Of a stretch of 64,000 bases of DNA, positions 19,144-29,037 are shown piece after piece. The position numbers and the translations under genes were made by a program. This DNA is from Reyranella sp. (GTDB lineage Bacteria > Pseudomonadota > Alphaproteobacteria > Reyranellales > Reyranellaceae). Each line of letters opens with the position of its first letter. Position 1 is the first letter of the stretch. The stretch spans positions 1,825-65,824 of the forward strand of contig NZ_JAUSBN010000087.1 in NCBI RefSeq assembly GCF_030651995.1, read 5' to 3'. A model generated the notes under the pieces. The model searched no databases. It saw only the letters and a program-made list of their open reading frames with translations, and was not told where the DNA came from.

Positions 19144-19698
19144 ATGTCACTCCCTCCCTTCAAGGTCACGATCTGCGGCATTCCCGAACTGCCGCAGCAC
19201 TGCGCGGTCGGCGTAAGCCACGTCCTGTCGATCATCGACACCCACGAACCGCGCCCGCCCGCGCTCGACACCTACGCGAGCATCGAACACGAGTTGATCC
19301 GTTTCGACGACGTGGTGGCGGAGTATCCCGGCTTCGAGGCCTGCACGCAGGCCCACATCGAGAAGGTCCTGGCCTTCGGCGAGCGCGTCCATGCGCGGCC
19401 CGACGGGCATGTGCTGGTCCACTGCCACGCCGGCATTTCCCGCTCGACCGCCGCCGCCGCCATCCTGATGACGCAGTTCGCGCCGGGAACCGAGGAACAG
19501 GCCTTCCTGAAGCTGCTGGAACTGCGCAAGCATGGCTGGCCCAACACCCGCATGGTCGAGTTCGCCGATACACTGCTGAAGCGCGACGGCGCCATGCTGC
19601 GCGGCCTGGTCGCCTACCGGAAGGCCCTCCTCGAAGTGAAGCCGCACCTCAAGGACGTGGTCCGCAACATCGGTCGCGGCCACGAGATTCCGACTTAG
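19144..19698 (+). CDS. Protein-tyrosine phosphatase-like (CX5R) protein
   Basis: VLVHCHAGISRSTAAA P-loop, HVLSI.D, FDD and PN.RMVE.AD. Confidence 0.88.
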   Translation: MSLPPFKVTICGIPELPQHCAVGVSHVLSIIDTHEPRPPALDTYASIEHELIRFDDVVAEYPGFEACTQAHIEKVLAFGERVHARPDGHVLVHCHAGISRSTAAAAILMTQFAPGTEEQAFLKLLELRKHGWPNTRMVEFADTLLKRDGAMLRGLVAYRKALLEVKPHLKDVVRNIGRGHEIPT

Positions 19699-19699
19699 C

Positions 19700-19810
19700 T
19701 GTCGTCCTGAGCGAGGCGAAGGACCTCACATAGCGGCCAGCAGACTTTCCTGCGGACGTGAGATCCTTCGCTAGCGCTCCAGGGCGGGGGTTACCCCGCC
19801 CGCGATGACA
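19700..19810. repeat. REP/MITE-like palindromic element, family A copy 2, right arm interrupted by a hairpin
   Basis: Left arm TGTCGTCCTGAGCGAGGCGAAGGACCT (19700-19726) and a 34-bp spacer. Right arm AGATCCTTCGCTAGCGCTC...GATGACA is split by GGGCGGGG-GTTA-CCCCGCCC (19782-19801). Confidence 0.85.
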
Positions 19811-19831
19811 AGATAGAGCGCTGCGTCTGGT

Positions 19832-20632
19832 TTACCGCGCCTTCATCGGAAGGCTCGCCAGATGCACGCCGGCGTCGACGATCAGGAACTCGCCGGTGAT
19901 GTTGCTGGCGCTGGTCAGGAAGAACATCACGGCCTCGGCCATCTGCTCGGGCGTGCCGGCCTGGCGCAGCGGCGTGTTCTGCTCCTGCCCCATCTTCATC
20001 TTGTTGTAGTTCTCCTCGCCCATGCCGCCCAGCAGCCAGCGCGTCTGGATGAAGCCCGGACAGACCGTGTTGACCCGCACCGCCGGCGACAGCCAGCGCG
20101 CGAGCGTGAGGGTCAGGGTGTTGAGCGCGCCCTTGGAGCAGGCATAGGGGATCGAGCTGCCGACCCCCATGACGCCCGCGATCGAGGAGATGTTGACGAT
20201 CGAGCCGCGATCCTGCTGGGTCTCCCACTGCTTCTTCATCACCGGATAGACGGCGCGGCTCATCATGTAGGGGCCGGTAACGTTCACCCGCAGGATGCGG
20301 TCGAAATCCTCCGGCGTGACGCCGTCGAGGTCACCCTGGTTCTGGAACTTGGTGGTGCCGGCATTGTTGACCAGGCCGTCGATGCGGCCCCACTGCTTCA
20401 TCGTCTCGTCGGCGAGCCTTTTGCAGTCGGCGTCCTGGCCCATGTCAGCCTGGACCAGGATCGCCTCGACGCCCTTGGCCTTCACCGACTCGTAGGTCTC
20501 ATCCGCCTCTTTCTTGCTCTTGGTGTAGTTGATCGCGACGTTCCAGCCGCGCTCGGCCAGGTCGAGGGCGCAGGAGGCGCCCAGTCCGGTCGCCGACCCC
20601 GTCACGATCGCCACCTTGTTCGATTTCGCCAT
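19832..20632 (-). CDS. SDR family oxidoreductase
   Basis: VTGSATGLG, GLVNNAG, YACSK and VNTVCPG. Confidence 0.92.
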   Translation of the reverse strand: MAKSNKVAIVTGSATGLGASCALDLAERGWNVAINYTKSKKEADETYESVKAKGVEAILVQADMGQDADCKRLADETMKQWGRIDGLVNNAGTTKFQNQGDLDGVTPEDFDRILRVNVTGPYMMSRAVYPVMKKQWETQQDRGSIVNISSIAGVMGVGSSIPYACSKGALNTLTLTLARWLSPAVRVNTVCPGFIQTRWLLGGMGEENYNKMKMGQEQNTPLRQAGTPEQMAEAVMFFLTSASNITGEFLIVDAGVHLASLPMKAR

Positions 20633-20714
20633 GTCGTTTCTCCCGATATCTCGCGGCACCTTTCATAGGCTAGGATCGGCCCCCAAGGCAAAGAAACGCA
20701 TGGCAGGCGGGGAC

Positions 20715-21479
20715 ATGGCCGATCTGTTTTCGATGAAGAATCGCGTGGTGCTGCTCACCGGCGCCTCGCGCGGGCTGGGTCGCGACATGGCGCTGGCCCT
20801 GGCCGGCGCCGGCGCCACCGTGCTCTGCGCCGGCCGCACGGTGAAAGAGCTCGATCAGACGGCCCGCGCCATCGTCCGCAAGGGTGGCAACGCCCATGCG
20901 GTCCCGCTCGACATCACCGACGAGGCCGACGTCGTGGCCAAGGTCGGCGCCATCATCTCCCGGCACCGCCGCATCGACGCGCTGGTGAACAATGCCGGGA
21001 TCATTCATCGCGAGAACATCGTCGACACCGCGACGCCGGATTTCCGCAAGGTGATCGAAACCAACCTGATCTCGCAGTTCGTCGTGTCCCGCGAGGTCGG
21101 TCGCCACATGCTGGCGCGCAAGTACGGAAGGATCGTCAACATATCCTCGGTCCTGGGAGTCGTGGGCCGGGCATCGGTCGCGGGCTATGTCTCCGCAAAG
21201 CACGGGCTCATCGGGCTCACCAAGAACCTGGCGGCTGAACTCGGGCCGCACGTCACGGCCAACGCGATCGCGCCGGGCTATATCCGGACCGAACTCAACG
21301 TGCCGCTGCAGCAGAACAAGGATTTCAACGCGATGCTGGAAAGCCGCACCGCCGTTGCGCGTTGGGGCAAGCCAGAGGATCTGCGGGGTCCACTCCTGCT
21401 GCTGGCTTCGGATGCCGGCAGCTACATTACCGGCCACACGCTGGTGATCGACGGCGGCCTCTCCCCGATCCTTTCCTGA
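20715..21479 (+). CDS. SDR family oxidoreductase (gluconate 5-dehydrogenase-like)
   Basis: TGASRGLG, LVNNAGIIHR, YVSAK and NAIAPGY.RTELN. Confidence 0.88.
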   Translation: MADLFSMKNRVVLLTGASRGLGRDMALALAGAGATVLCAGRTVKELDQTARAIVRKGGNAHAVPLDITDEADVVAKVGAIISRHRRIDALVNNAGIIHRENIVDTATPDFRKVIETNLISQFVVSREVGRHMLARKYGRIVNISSVLGVVGRASVAGYVSAKHGLIGLTKNLAAELGPHVTANAIAPGYIRTELNVPLQQNKDFNAMLESRTAVARWGKPEDLRGPLLLLASDAGSYITGHTLVIDGGLSPILS

Positions 21480-21486
21480 GCCGACG

Positions 21487-21975
21487 ATGACCGGTATTCC
21501 GCGCTGGGCGATGCTCCTGCTGGCGGCCGCGCTGGTTCTGTACGGGATCGCAGCCTCGCAGGGCTGGCTGCGCGACCCGTCTCTGGCCAAGGCCGACTAT
21601 GTCGGCACGATCGACGTTTCGGTCGACGATGCAAAGCTCTACCGGACCGTTCCCTTCGAATGGCAGGTGAACAGCACCGCCGGCAGCTTCAAGGGCAACG
21701 ACATCGCCCATGTGCGCATCGATCCGTCGGGCGAGCGCACGGTACTCTGCGGCTGGGTCCCGCTCGACAAGGGCGGTGCCTCGCTGCGCGCCACTCGCTG
21801 GCTGAGCGAAGCGCGTCTCACGGTAGGCGACATCAAGGTCACCGCCCTGTTCATCGCCCCGGTCGACAGGAAGCCCGGAGACGGACTCAACGCCGGCTGC
21901 CTGCGGCTCGACGAGGGCATCAGGCCCGCCGCCGACGCGGCCCTACGGCTCGAAGGCCCGCCGGTTCGCGAATAG
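21487..21975 (+). CDS. Hypothetical protein with an N-terminal membrane anchor/signal
   Basis: GC3-rich codons, hydrophobic N-terminus (WAMLLLAAALVLYGIA), two Cys. No recognised family. Confidence 0.7.
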   Translation: MTGIPRWAMLLLAAALVLYGIAASQGWLRDPSLAKADYVGTIDVSVDDAKLYRTVPFEWQVNSTAGSFKGNDIAHVRIDPSGERTVLCGWVPLDKGGASLRATRWLSEARLTVGDIKVTALFIAPVDRKPGDGLNAGCLRLDEGIRPAADAALRLEGPPVRE

Positions 21976-22112
21976 ACCGGCTCCCGCCGCGACGTGAAGT
22001 GGAACGCTCGATCGCGTCCTCGGAGGACTTCATTGGCGGCATCGTTGAGAATGCCGCGGACAAGGGCTACTGAAACACCCGCATGGGGCAATCTTGCGTC
22101 TCTCGAACGGCG

Positions 22113-22412
22113 TCAGGCCGCCTCCCCCCTCAGCTGGGCCAGTCCCCGCTTCATCAGGGCCTTGGTGTAGCGTTCGCGGCCGATGTCGGGCGGAACCGCC
22201 TTCTTGTCCGGCGGCGTCGTGAATATGGCGGTCAGTTCCTTCAGTTCCGCCTCGGCGAGCTTGAAATTGCCGCGCTTCATGTAGCCCAGGGCGCGGAAGA
22301 GGCACTCCTCCTCCTTCCAGTTGGGCTCGCGGTTCCAGTCGTCGAGCTGATGCAGCGCCGCCGCGAAACGGGCCAGTATCGTCGCCTTGAATTGGGAAGT
22401 TACACGATACAT
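22113..22412 (-). CDS. Small hypothetical protein (99 aa, predicted helical)
   Basis: Strong GC3 codon bias; fills an otherwise empty gap. Confidence 0.7.
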   Translation of the reverse strand: MYRVTSQFKATILARFAAALHQLDDWNREPNWKEEECLFRALGYMKRGNFKLAEAELKELTAIFTTPPDKKAVPPDIGRERYTKALMKRGLAQLRGEAA

Positions 22413-22501
22413 GACATCCGCCCGTTCCTGTTGTCTGACGCGATGGTGCGCGCGCGGCGCCCTTGCCGCAAGCGCCGTGGCCTAAGCCGCCGGCCGTCCC
22501 G

Positions 22502-24196
22502 ATGACGCTTCTGGCTCCCTCCGATCCCTTGCGGCACAACCACACGCCGCGCGGCACGCTCGTCGATCTTGCGTTGCTCGTCGTCGGCAGCAGCGCCGCG
22601 CTGATCGCCCTCATCCTGTGGTTCGACAATGCACAGGGCGGATTGACGGGCAATGGCGTCTTCAAGAGCCTCGAGCTGAAACCCTGGGTGGTCGATCCGG
22701 CGAACGCCCCGCTCTACCCCTCCAACTATCTCTTCTACCCCGTCTACGGCGTCCTCTGCCGCCTGCTCGACCTCCTGGATGTCTTCGCCGGCGATCCGCG
22801 ACGTCAGCTCACCATCCTGAATGCCGTGAGCGCGAGCCTCTGCACCGGGGTGGCCTATCTGCTCGCCCGTGCGCTGACGGGCGACCGGGTCATCGCCTGG
22901 CTGACGGGCGCGTTCCACCTCGCGACCAGCCACGTGATGTTCCTCGCCATCGTGAACGAGGACATCATGCCGAGCTACACGGTGATGTTCGCGGCGATGG
23001 CGCTGGGCGCGGTCTGGTTCGCGCGGCCGTCGGCGGCACGGGTCGCCGCGGTCTCGGTATTGTTCTCGATCGGCTGGCTGTTCGAATGGCGGCTGATGTT
23101 CCCCACCCTGCCGGCGATGCTGGCCGCGCTCTGGCTGTGCGAGCCGCGCCTTCGCCAACGCCTCGCCTGGATCGCGCTGTTCCTCGCCTGCATGGTCGCC
23201 ACGGCGACCGTCGTGGCGCTGGCCTGGCGGGACCATGCCGGCGCCGTCGGCCCCTTCGATCTCATCTGGACGGGCAAGGCGGTGCGCTCGGTGTGGGCGG
23301 GCTTCACCTGGGCCAAGGTCGGCTATCTGTGGGACGGCATCGTGGCCTACCTGCTGGGAACCGGTGTCACGACCTTCGACAGGCTACCCGGCTGGGACAT
23401 CTGGCGCTTCGCCACGACCTTCTGGCTGCTGGGCATCGCCGCCGTCGCGGGCTCGGTCCTGCGGCGCGCCGACGATGGCCCGGCACGCGCCCTGCTGGCG
23501 GTGTTCGGCGTCACCTTCCTCGCCGGCGAGGTCTTCAACCTCTACTCCCAGCCGCAGGACCCGCAGATGCAGATCAACGTCATGGCCTGGGTGACCCCGG
23601 CCTGGGCGCTGGTGCTGCTGGCCGCGCGAGGCCGCTGGCCCACGCGCGGCCTCGCCGCCATGGCCGCCGTCACCGTGGCGCTGTTTGCCTACAATGTCTG
23701 GAGCATCGCGCCGCTGCGCGGGCTCGACAGCAAATGGCGCAGCGCCATCGAGCGGCTGGAGCGGCAGGGCGACCCGGCACGCACCGTCTTCCTGCTGCAC
23801 GATTTCGACTGGACGATGGTCTACGCCTCGCTGCACTGGGGCACGGCGGAGCCCGGCCTCGCCGGGCTGGGGCCGGCGCCGCAGGCGCTGCCGAAGTTCA
23901 AATGGATCGGCTTCACCGGCGACGTCCTGCGGCACCCCGACTGGAGCACCGAGCGGCATGTCGAGTCCCTGCGGCGACAGATCGACCGCGCCCTGGAGCT
24001 TGGCTACGAAGTGATCGTCGTGCGGCTGTGGAACATTCCCGAGGCGCAGCTGCTGACCGAGACCGGCATGGTCGCCGACGTCGGCCGTCTCGGTGCGCTG
24101 CAACGCATGCTGCGCACCGACTTCGTCGCGACGCCGGTGTCGGTCGACCCGGTCGCGGGTTCGCTGTACCGGCTGCAGCGCGCCGCCGGCCGCTGA
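22502..24196 (+). CDS. Polytopic membrane protein, GT-C glycosyltransferase-like
   Basis: Many TM segments, first loop LYPSNYLFYP, an acidic pair in NEDIMPSY, and a soluble C-terminal domain. Family call is by pattern only. Confidence 0.55.
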   Translation: MTLLAPSDPLRHNHTPRGTLVDLALLVVGSSAALIALILWFDNAQGGLTGNGVFKSLELKPWVVDPANAPLYPSNYLFYPVYGVLCRLLDLLDVFAGDPRRQLTILNAVSASLCTGVAYLLARALTGDRVIAWLTGAFHLATSHVMFLAIVNEDIMPSYTVMFAAMALGAVWFARPSAARVAAVSVLFSIGWLFEWRLMFPTLPAMLAALWLCEPRLRQRLAWIALFLACMVATATVVALAWRDHAGAVGPFDLIWTGKAVRSVWAGFTWAKVGYLWDGIVAYLLGTGVTTFDRLPGWDIWRFATTFWLLGIAAVAGSVLRRADDGPARALLAVFGVTFLAGEVFNLYSQPQDPQMQINVMAWVTPAWALVLLAARGRWPTRGLAAMAAVTVALFAYNVWSIAPLRGLDSKWRSAIERLERQGDPARTVFLLHDFDWTMVYASLHWGTAEPGLAGLGPAPQALPKFKWIGFTGDVLRHPDWSTERHVESLRRQIDRALELGYEVIVVRLWNIPEAQLLTETGMVADVGRLGALQRMLRTDFVATPVSVDPVAGSLYRLQRAAGR

Positions 24197-24200
24197 CGAC

Positions 24201-25295
24201 CTACATCGTCGCCTGCTGGATGCGCCGCTCGTCGAGGCCGACCGAGCGCGCCGTCTCCACGATGGCGGCCCAGGTGTCGTCCGGCAGCGGCACGCCGTCG
24301 GCGAGGCGCTGGGCGCGGGTGCGCGATTCCTGCTCGCCCGGCACCAGGATCTCGACGCCGGGAGTGGCCGGCCTGGAGCCCTTCACGAACGAGACGTACT
24401 TGGCGATGTCCGTCGGGAAGAAGCCCTCGGCGTCGAACACCTTGGGATCGACGTAGAAGGACAGCATGCCGTTGGCGAAGCGGCCGCGCTTGGGATCGGT
24501 CGCCCCCGTGCCCGACAGCGACCCGCCCAGGATCTCGCACATGAAGGCGAGGCCGGAGCCCTTGTGGTCGCCGAAGGCGCGGATGGCGCCGGTGCCCTTG
24601 CTGTGATCGCGCGGGCCCGTGGGCGTGTAGTCGCCATAGAGGAGATGCGGATCGGCGCTCGGCTTGCCGTCGGGGCCGATCAGCGCTCCCTCGGGCAGCT
24701 TCTTGCCGCCCTGGCTCGTCACCAAGACCTTGCCCTCGGCCACGATCGAGGTGGCGAAGTCGAGGACCAGCGGATCCTCACCGGGCCGCGGGACTCCGAC
24801 GCAATAGGGCGCCGTCGAGAAACGCCGCTCGACGCCACCATAGGGCGCCACCAGGACGCTGCCCGACGCATTCACCAAATGCACTGACACTAGGCCCGCT
24901 TCGGCCGCCATCTCGGCCCAGTCGCCGACCCGGCCGACATGACCTGCATTGCGCAGCGTCACGGCCGAAAGGCCGTTCTTCAGGCACTTGTCGATGCCGA
25001 TCTGCACGGCCTGCGGCGTCACGGTCTGGCCGAAACCGTACTTGCCGTCGACGACGGCGATCACCGGCGTATCAACCAGCACGTCGACGGTCACATCGGC
25101 GACGACCGTGCCGCTCTTCTTCTGCGAAGCGTAGCGCGGCACGCGGACGACGCCGTGGCTGTCATGGCCCGACAGGTTGGCGCTCACGAGGTAGCGGCCG
25201 ATGCGACCGCCCTCCTCGTTCGAGCATCCCGCGGCGGCAAAGATGTCCGCGACGAAGGATTCCAGCTCCTTCGCCTTGATCGTCACGCTGCCCAT
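24201..25295 (-). CDS. Ldh_2 family malate/lactate/ureidoglycolate dehydrogenase (YbiC-like)
   Basis: GHDSHGV.RV, GHVGRVG.WAE, LDFATS..AEGK and GDHKGSGL. Confidence 0.9.
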   Translation of the reverse strand: MGSVTIKAKELESFVADIFAAAGCSNEEGGRIGRYLVSANLSGHDSHGVVRVPRYASQKKSGTVVADVTVDVLVDTPVIAVVDGKYGFGQTVTPQAVQIGIDKCLKNGLSAVTLRNAGHVGRVGDWAEMAAEAGLVSVHLVNASGSVLVAPYGGVERRFSTAPYCVGVPRPGEDPLVLDFATSIVAEGKVLVTSQGGKKLPEGALIGPDGKPSADPHLLYGDYTPTGPRDHSKGTGAIRAFGDHKGSGLAFMCEILGGSLSGTGATDPKRGRFANGMLSFYVDPKVFDAEGFFPTDIAKYVSFVKGSRPATPGVEILVPGEQESRTRAQRLADGVPLPDDTWAAIVETARSVGLDERRIQQATM

Positions 25296-25296
25296 G

Positions 25297-26061
25297 TCAG
25301 GACTTGCCGCGCTGCAGGCTCGCGACGTAGCCGCGGTTCCAGGTCGGGTTGATCATCACCTCGTTGATGACGATGTGCGGCGGCAGGCAGGCGATGTAGC
25401 GGATCAGGTCGCCGACATCCTCCGACTGCGCCATGCGCTTGCGCTCGGCCGGGGTGATCGGAATCGGCCGCTTGTCGAGGATCGGCGTCGCCACCTCGCC
25501 CGGGCAGACCACGCAGGAGCGGATGCCGTTGACACACTCTTCCATATTGATCGTGTGGCTCATCGCCACGACACCGTGCTTGGCCGCCGAATAGGCCGGG
25601 CCCGACAGCAGGCTCGGCACCTTGCCGGCGACCGACGACGTATGGATCAGCACGCCGCCCTTGTTCTTGCGCATCAGCGGCAGCACCGCCGAGGTGCAGT
25701 AGAAGGCGCTCGACAGGTTGCCGTGCACGACCTCGTCGACACCCTTCGGCGTCAGCTGCTTCCAGCTCCGCTTCTGGATGTTGAGGCCGGCATTGTTGAC
25801 CAGGATGTCGATGCGCCGGTGCTTCTTGGCGATCGCCGCGACCGTCTTCTCGACCGCGGAGGCCTTCATCAGGTCCGCCGGCTTCACCTCGGCCTTGCCA
25901 CCCGCCTCGGCGATCATCGCCGCGGTCTCCTCGAGCGGCGCCCGGCGCCGGCCGGTCAGCACCACGGTCGCACCATCCTTGGCCAGCGCCACCGCTGCCG
26001 CCTGGCCAATACCCGAGCCAGCACCAGTCACCCAGGCGACCTTGCCCGTCAACGAACCCAT
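25297..26061 (-). CDS. SDR family oxidoreductase
   Basis: VTGAGSGIG, ILVNNAG, YSAAK and CPGEVATPIL. Confidence 0.92.
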   Translation of the reverse strand: MGSLTGKVAWVTGAGSGIGQAAAVALAKDGATVVLTGRRRAPLEETAAMIAEAGGKAEVKPADLMKASAVEKTVAAIAKKHRRIDILVNNAGLNIQKRSWKQLTPKGVDEVVHGNLSSAFYCTSAVLPLMRKNKGGVLIHTSSVAGKVPSLLSGPAYSAAKHGVVAMSHTINMEECVNGIRSCVVCPGEVATPILDKRPIPITPAERKRMAQSEDVGDLIRYIACLPPHIVINEVMINPTWNRGYVASLQRGKS

Positions 26062-26091
26062 GACAATCTCCTCAACGCCGGTAAGCGGCGA

Positions 26092-27192
26092 TTAAAGCAC
26101 CTTGCCGGTGCTGTCGTCGATCAGGTGCATGTTGCTGAGGTCGGCCCTCAGCTTCATGGAACGTTCGGCCTCGGCTCCCGCGTTGGGATTGACGCGGCCG
26201 CAGATCTCCCGGCCGTTCACCGTGAAGTAGACCAGCGTTTCCATGCCCATCGGCTCGACGACGTCGATCAGCATGTCGAAGTCGTGCTGGTTGGACTCGG
26301 TATGCGGCTTGGTCTCGGTGATGTGCTCGGGCCGCAGGCCCAGCATCAGGCTGGGCTTGCCGACATGGGCCGTATAGCGGGCCGTGCGGTCGGCTGGCAC
26401 CGGAAACGACAGGGTGTCGTTCAGGCGCACGCGCAGGGCGCCGGCCGCCTGCTCGAGCTGGCAGGAGATGAAATTCATCGCCGGAGAGCCGATGAAGCCC
26501 GCGACGAACTTGGTCGCCGGGGAGTGATAGAGATCGTTCGGCGAGCCGACCTGCTCGATCAGGCCGCCGTTCATCACCACCACGCGGTCGGCCAGGGTCA
26601 TCGCCTCGACCTGGTCGTGGGTCACATAGACCGTCGTCGTGCGGACCTTCTGGTGCACCTTCTTGATCTCGGTGCGCATCTGCACGCGCAGCTTGGCGTC
26701 GAGATTGGACAGGGGTTCGTCGAACAGGAACACCTTGGGATCGCGCACGATGGCGCGCCCCATGGCGACGCGCTGGCGCTGGCCGCCGGAGAGCTGCTTG
26801 GGCTTGCGATCCAGCAGCTCGGTGATGTCGAGGATCTGCGCCGCCTGCTTGACCCGCTGATCGATCACGTCCTTCGGCGTCTTCTTGAGCTTCAGGCCGA
26901 ACGACATGTTCTCGTAGACGTTCATGTGCGGATAGAGCGCGTAGTTCTGGAACACCATGGCGATGTCGCGGTCCTTGGGCGGCACGTCGTTGACGACGTG
27001 GCCGCCGATCGCGATGTCGCCGTCGCTGATCTCTTCCAGTCCCGCGATCATGCGGAGCGTGGTGCTCTTGCCGCAGCCCGACGGGCCGACCAGGACGATG
27101 AATTCCTTGTCGTTGATGTCGAGGTCGATGCCACGGACGGCGAGGACTTCGTCGTACTTCTTGACGACTTTACGCAACGTTACCTGAGCCAT
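26092..27192 (-). CDS. Carbohydrate ABC transporter ATP-binding protein (MalK/UgpC family)
   Basis: GPSGCGKST, LSGGQRQRVAMGRA, DEPLSNLDAKLR and a TOBE tail. Confidence 0.95.
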   Translation of the reverse strand: MAQVTLRKVVKKYDEVLAVRGIDLDINDKEFIVLVGPSGCGKSTTLRMIAGLEEISDGDIAIGGHVVNDVPPKDRDIAMVFQNYALYPHMNVYENMSFGLKLKKTPKDVIDQRVKQAAQILDITELLDRKPKQLSGGQRQRVAMGRAIVRDPKVFLFDEPLSNLDAKLRVQMRTEIKKVHQKVRTTTVYVTHDQVEAMTLADRVVVMNGGLIEQVGSPNDLYHSPATKFVAGFIGSPAMNFISCQLEQAAGALRVRLNDTLSFPVPADRTARYTAHVGKPSLMLGLRPEHITETKPHTESNQHDFDMLIDVVEPMGMETLVYFTVNGREICGRVNPNAGAEAERSMKLRADLSNMHLIDDSTGKVL

Positions 27193-27199
27193 GTGTCGA

Positions 27200-28108
27200 C
27201 TATCCCTTTGTCGCGCCCGCGGTCAGACCCGCAATGTAGTAATCCATGAGGAAGGCGTAGATGATGAGGGGCGGCGCCGCGCCGAGCAGCGCGCCCGTCA
27301 TGATCTGCCCCCAGTTGAAGACGTCGCCCTTGATCAGCGTCGTGATGATGCCCACCGGCAGCACCAGTTCGCTGGTCGAGGTGGTAAAGGCCAGCGGGTA
27401 GAGGAACTGCGCCCAGGCCACGGTGAAGGTGAAGATCGTCGCCGCGATGATCCCCGGCAGGGCCACCGGGATGAAGATCTTGGTCAGGGTCTGCATCCAG
27501 GTCGCGCCGTCGATCAGCGCCGCCTCGTCCAGCTCCTTCGGGATCGACGCGAAGTAGCCGATCATGATCCAGGTGGCGAACGGCACCGTCAGCGTCGGGT
27601 AGAGGATGATCATCGTCCACCAGTGATTCATCAGCTGGACGCCGAAGACCTCGTTCACCCAGGCGAACATCTTGAACAGCGGGATGAACAGCAGGGTTTC
27701 CGGGATCAGGTAGGTGAGGAACACCCCGGTCGCCAGCGTGGCAGATCCCCAGAACTTCATGCGGGCGAGCGCGAAGGCGGCGATCACGCTGATCATCATG
27801 GTGATGATGACGACGCAGATCGACACGATCGCGGAGTTCCGGAAGAACACCAGGAACTGGTTCTGCGACAGCAGATCGATGTAGTTCTGCAGCGTCGGAT
27901 TGCTGATGAACCAAGGGTTCTTCGCGGCCGAAATCTCCGCGCTGGTCTTCAGCGAGGTGATCAGCATGTAGATCGGCGGCATCAGGAAGAAGATGGCGAA
28001 CAGCACGAGGAAGAAGTAGGACCAGCGCAGCGCCCAGGTCCGGTCGCGGCTCATGCTGCCGTAGTTGGGACGGGTCGACGCTCCGGTTGCGACTGCAGTG
28101 TTGGCCAT
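27200..28108 (-). CDS. Carbohydrate ABC transporter permease
   Basis: EAA motif ELDEAALIDGA, TM segments, and I.T.SLK. Confidence 0.93.
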   Translation of the reverse strand: MANTAVATGASTRPNYGSMSRDRTWALRWSYFFLVLFAIFFLMPPIYMLITSLKTSAEISAAKNPWFISNPTLQNYIDLLSQNQFLVFFRNSAIVSICVVIITMMISVIAAFALARMKFWGSATLATGVFLTYLIPETLLFIPLFKMFAWVNEVFGVQLMNHWWTMIILYPTLTVPFATWIMIGYFASIPKELDEAALIDGATWMQTLTKIFIPVALPGIIAATIFTFTVAWAQFLYPLAFTTSTSELVLPVGIITTLIKGDVFNWGQIMTGALLGAAPPLIIYAFLMDYYIAGLTAGATKG

Positions 28109-29037
28109 CAGACTTCACTCCCCCGCTTGGTGATGTCGCGCAGGATGAAGGTCGCGGCGACGGCCAAGATCGGCACCATGAACAGCGACACGGCGGCGCC
28201 GAGCGGAATGTCTCCGCCCTCGATGCCGACGCGGAACGCCCAGGTCCCGAAGATGTGGGTGCTGTTGAGCGGACCGCCCGCCGTCAGCACGCGCACGATG
28301 TCGAAGTTTGCGAAGGTCACGATCAGCGAGAACAGCGCCGTGATCGCGATGATGTTGCGCATCATCGGCAGGGTCACGTACCAGATGCGCTGCCACCAGG
28401 TGGCGCCGTCGATCGAGGCCGCCTCGTAGAGCTGCTCGGGCACGGACTTCAGCGCCGCGAGGTACATGATCATGAAGAACGGCGAGCCGATCCACACATT
28501 GACCAGGATGACCGAGAAGCGCGCCCAGCCGGCCTCGCCAGTCCAGGGAATGCCTTCGATGCCGAAAATCGCCAAGAGCCAGTTGAGGGCGCTGTAGGAG
28601 GGATCGAACAGCCACAGCCAGGCGAGCGTGCTCATGGCCGGCGGAATGACCCATGGCACCAGCAGCATGCCGCGCCACTTGCGCTGGCCCTTCGCGGGAA
28701 TGTTGTGGACGAAGTGGGCGACCACGAAACCGATGATCGCCTTGAATATCACCGCCGTGATGGCGAAAAGGCAGGACTGGTAGACGACCAGCCAGAACGT
28801 GTCGCGGCCGAACAGGAACTCGAAGTTTCCAAAACCGACGAAGCGGGTCATGCCCTTGTTGAGCGTCGCGAGATAGACCGCGTAACCCGCCGGATAGGCG
28901 ACCAGGATCGTGATCAGGAGGATCAGCGGCAACGCCATCAGGAAGGCGATGGTCGACTTGCGCTGCATGAGCTTGTGCAGGCCGCTGCGCTGCTGTGTCG
29001 GATGCCCGGCCGGATTTCGGGCTGCGATGTCTGCCAT
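28108..29037 (-). CDS. Carbohydrate ABC transporter permease
   Basis: QLYEAASIDGA EAA motif and LAALKSVP. Confidence 0.93.
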   Translation of the reverse strand: MADIAARNPAGHPTQQRSGLHKLMQRKSTIAFLMALPLILLITILVAYPAGYAVYLATLNKGMTRFVGFGNFEFLFGRDTFWLVVYQSCLFAITAVIFKAIIGFVVAHFVHNIPAKGQRKWRGMLLVPWVIPPAMSTLAWLWLFDPSYSALNWLLAIFGIEGIPWTGEAGWARFSVILVNVWIGSPFFMIMYLAALKSVPEQLYEAASIDGATWWQRIWYVTLPMMRNIIAITALFSLIVTFANFDIVRVLTAGGPLNSTHIFGTWAFRVGIEGGDIPLGAAVSLFMVPILAVAATFILRDITKRGSEV

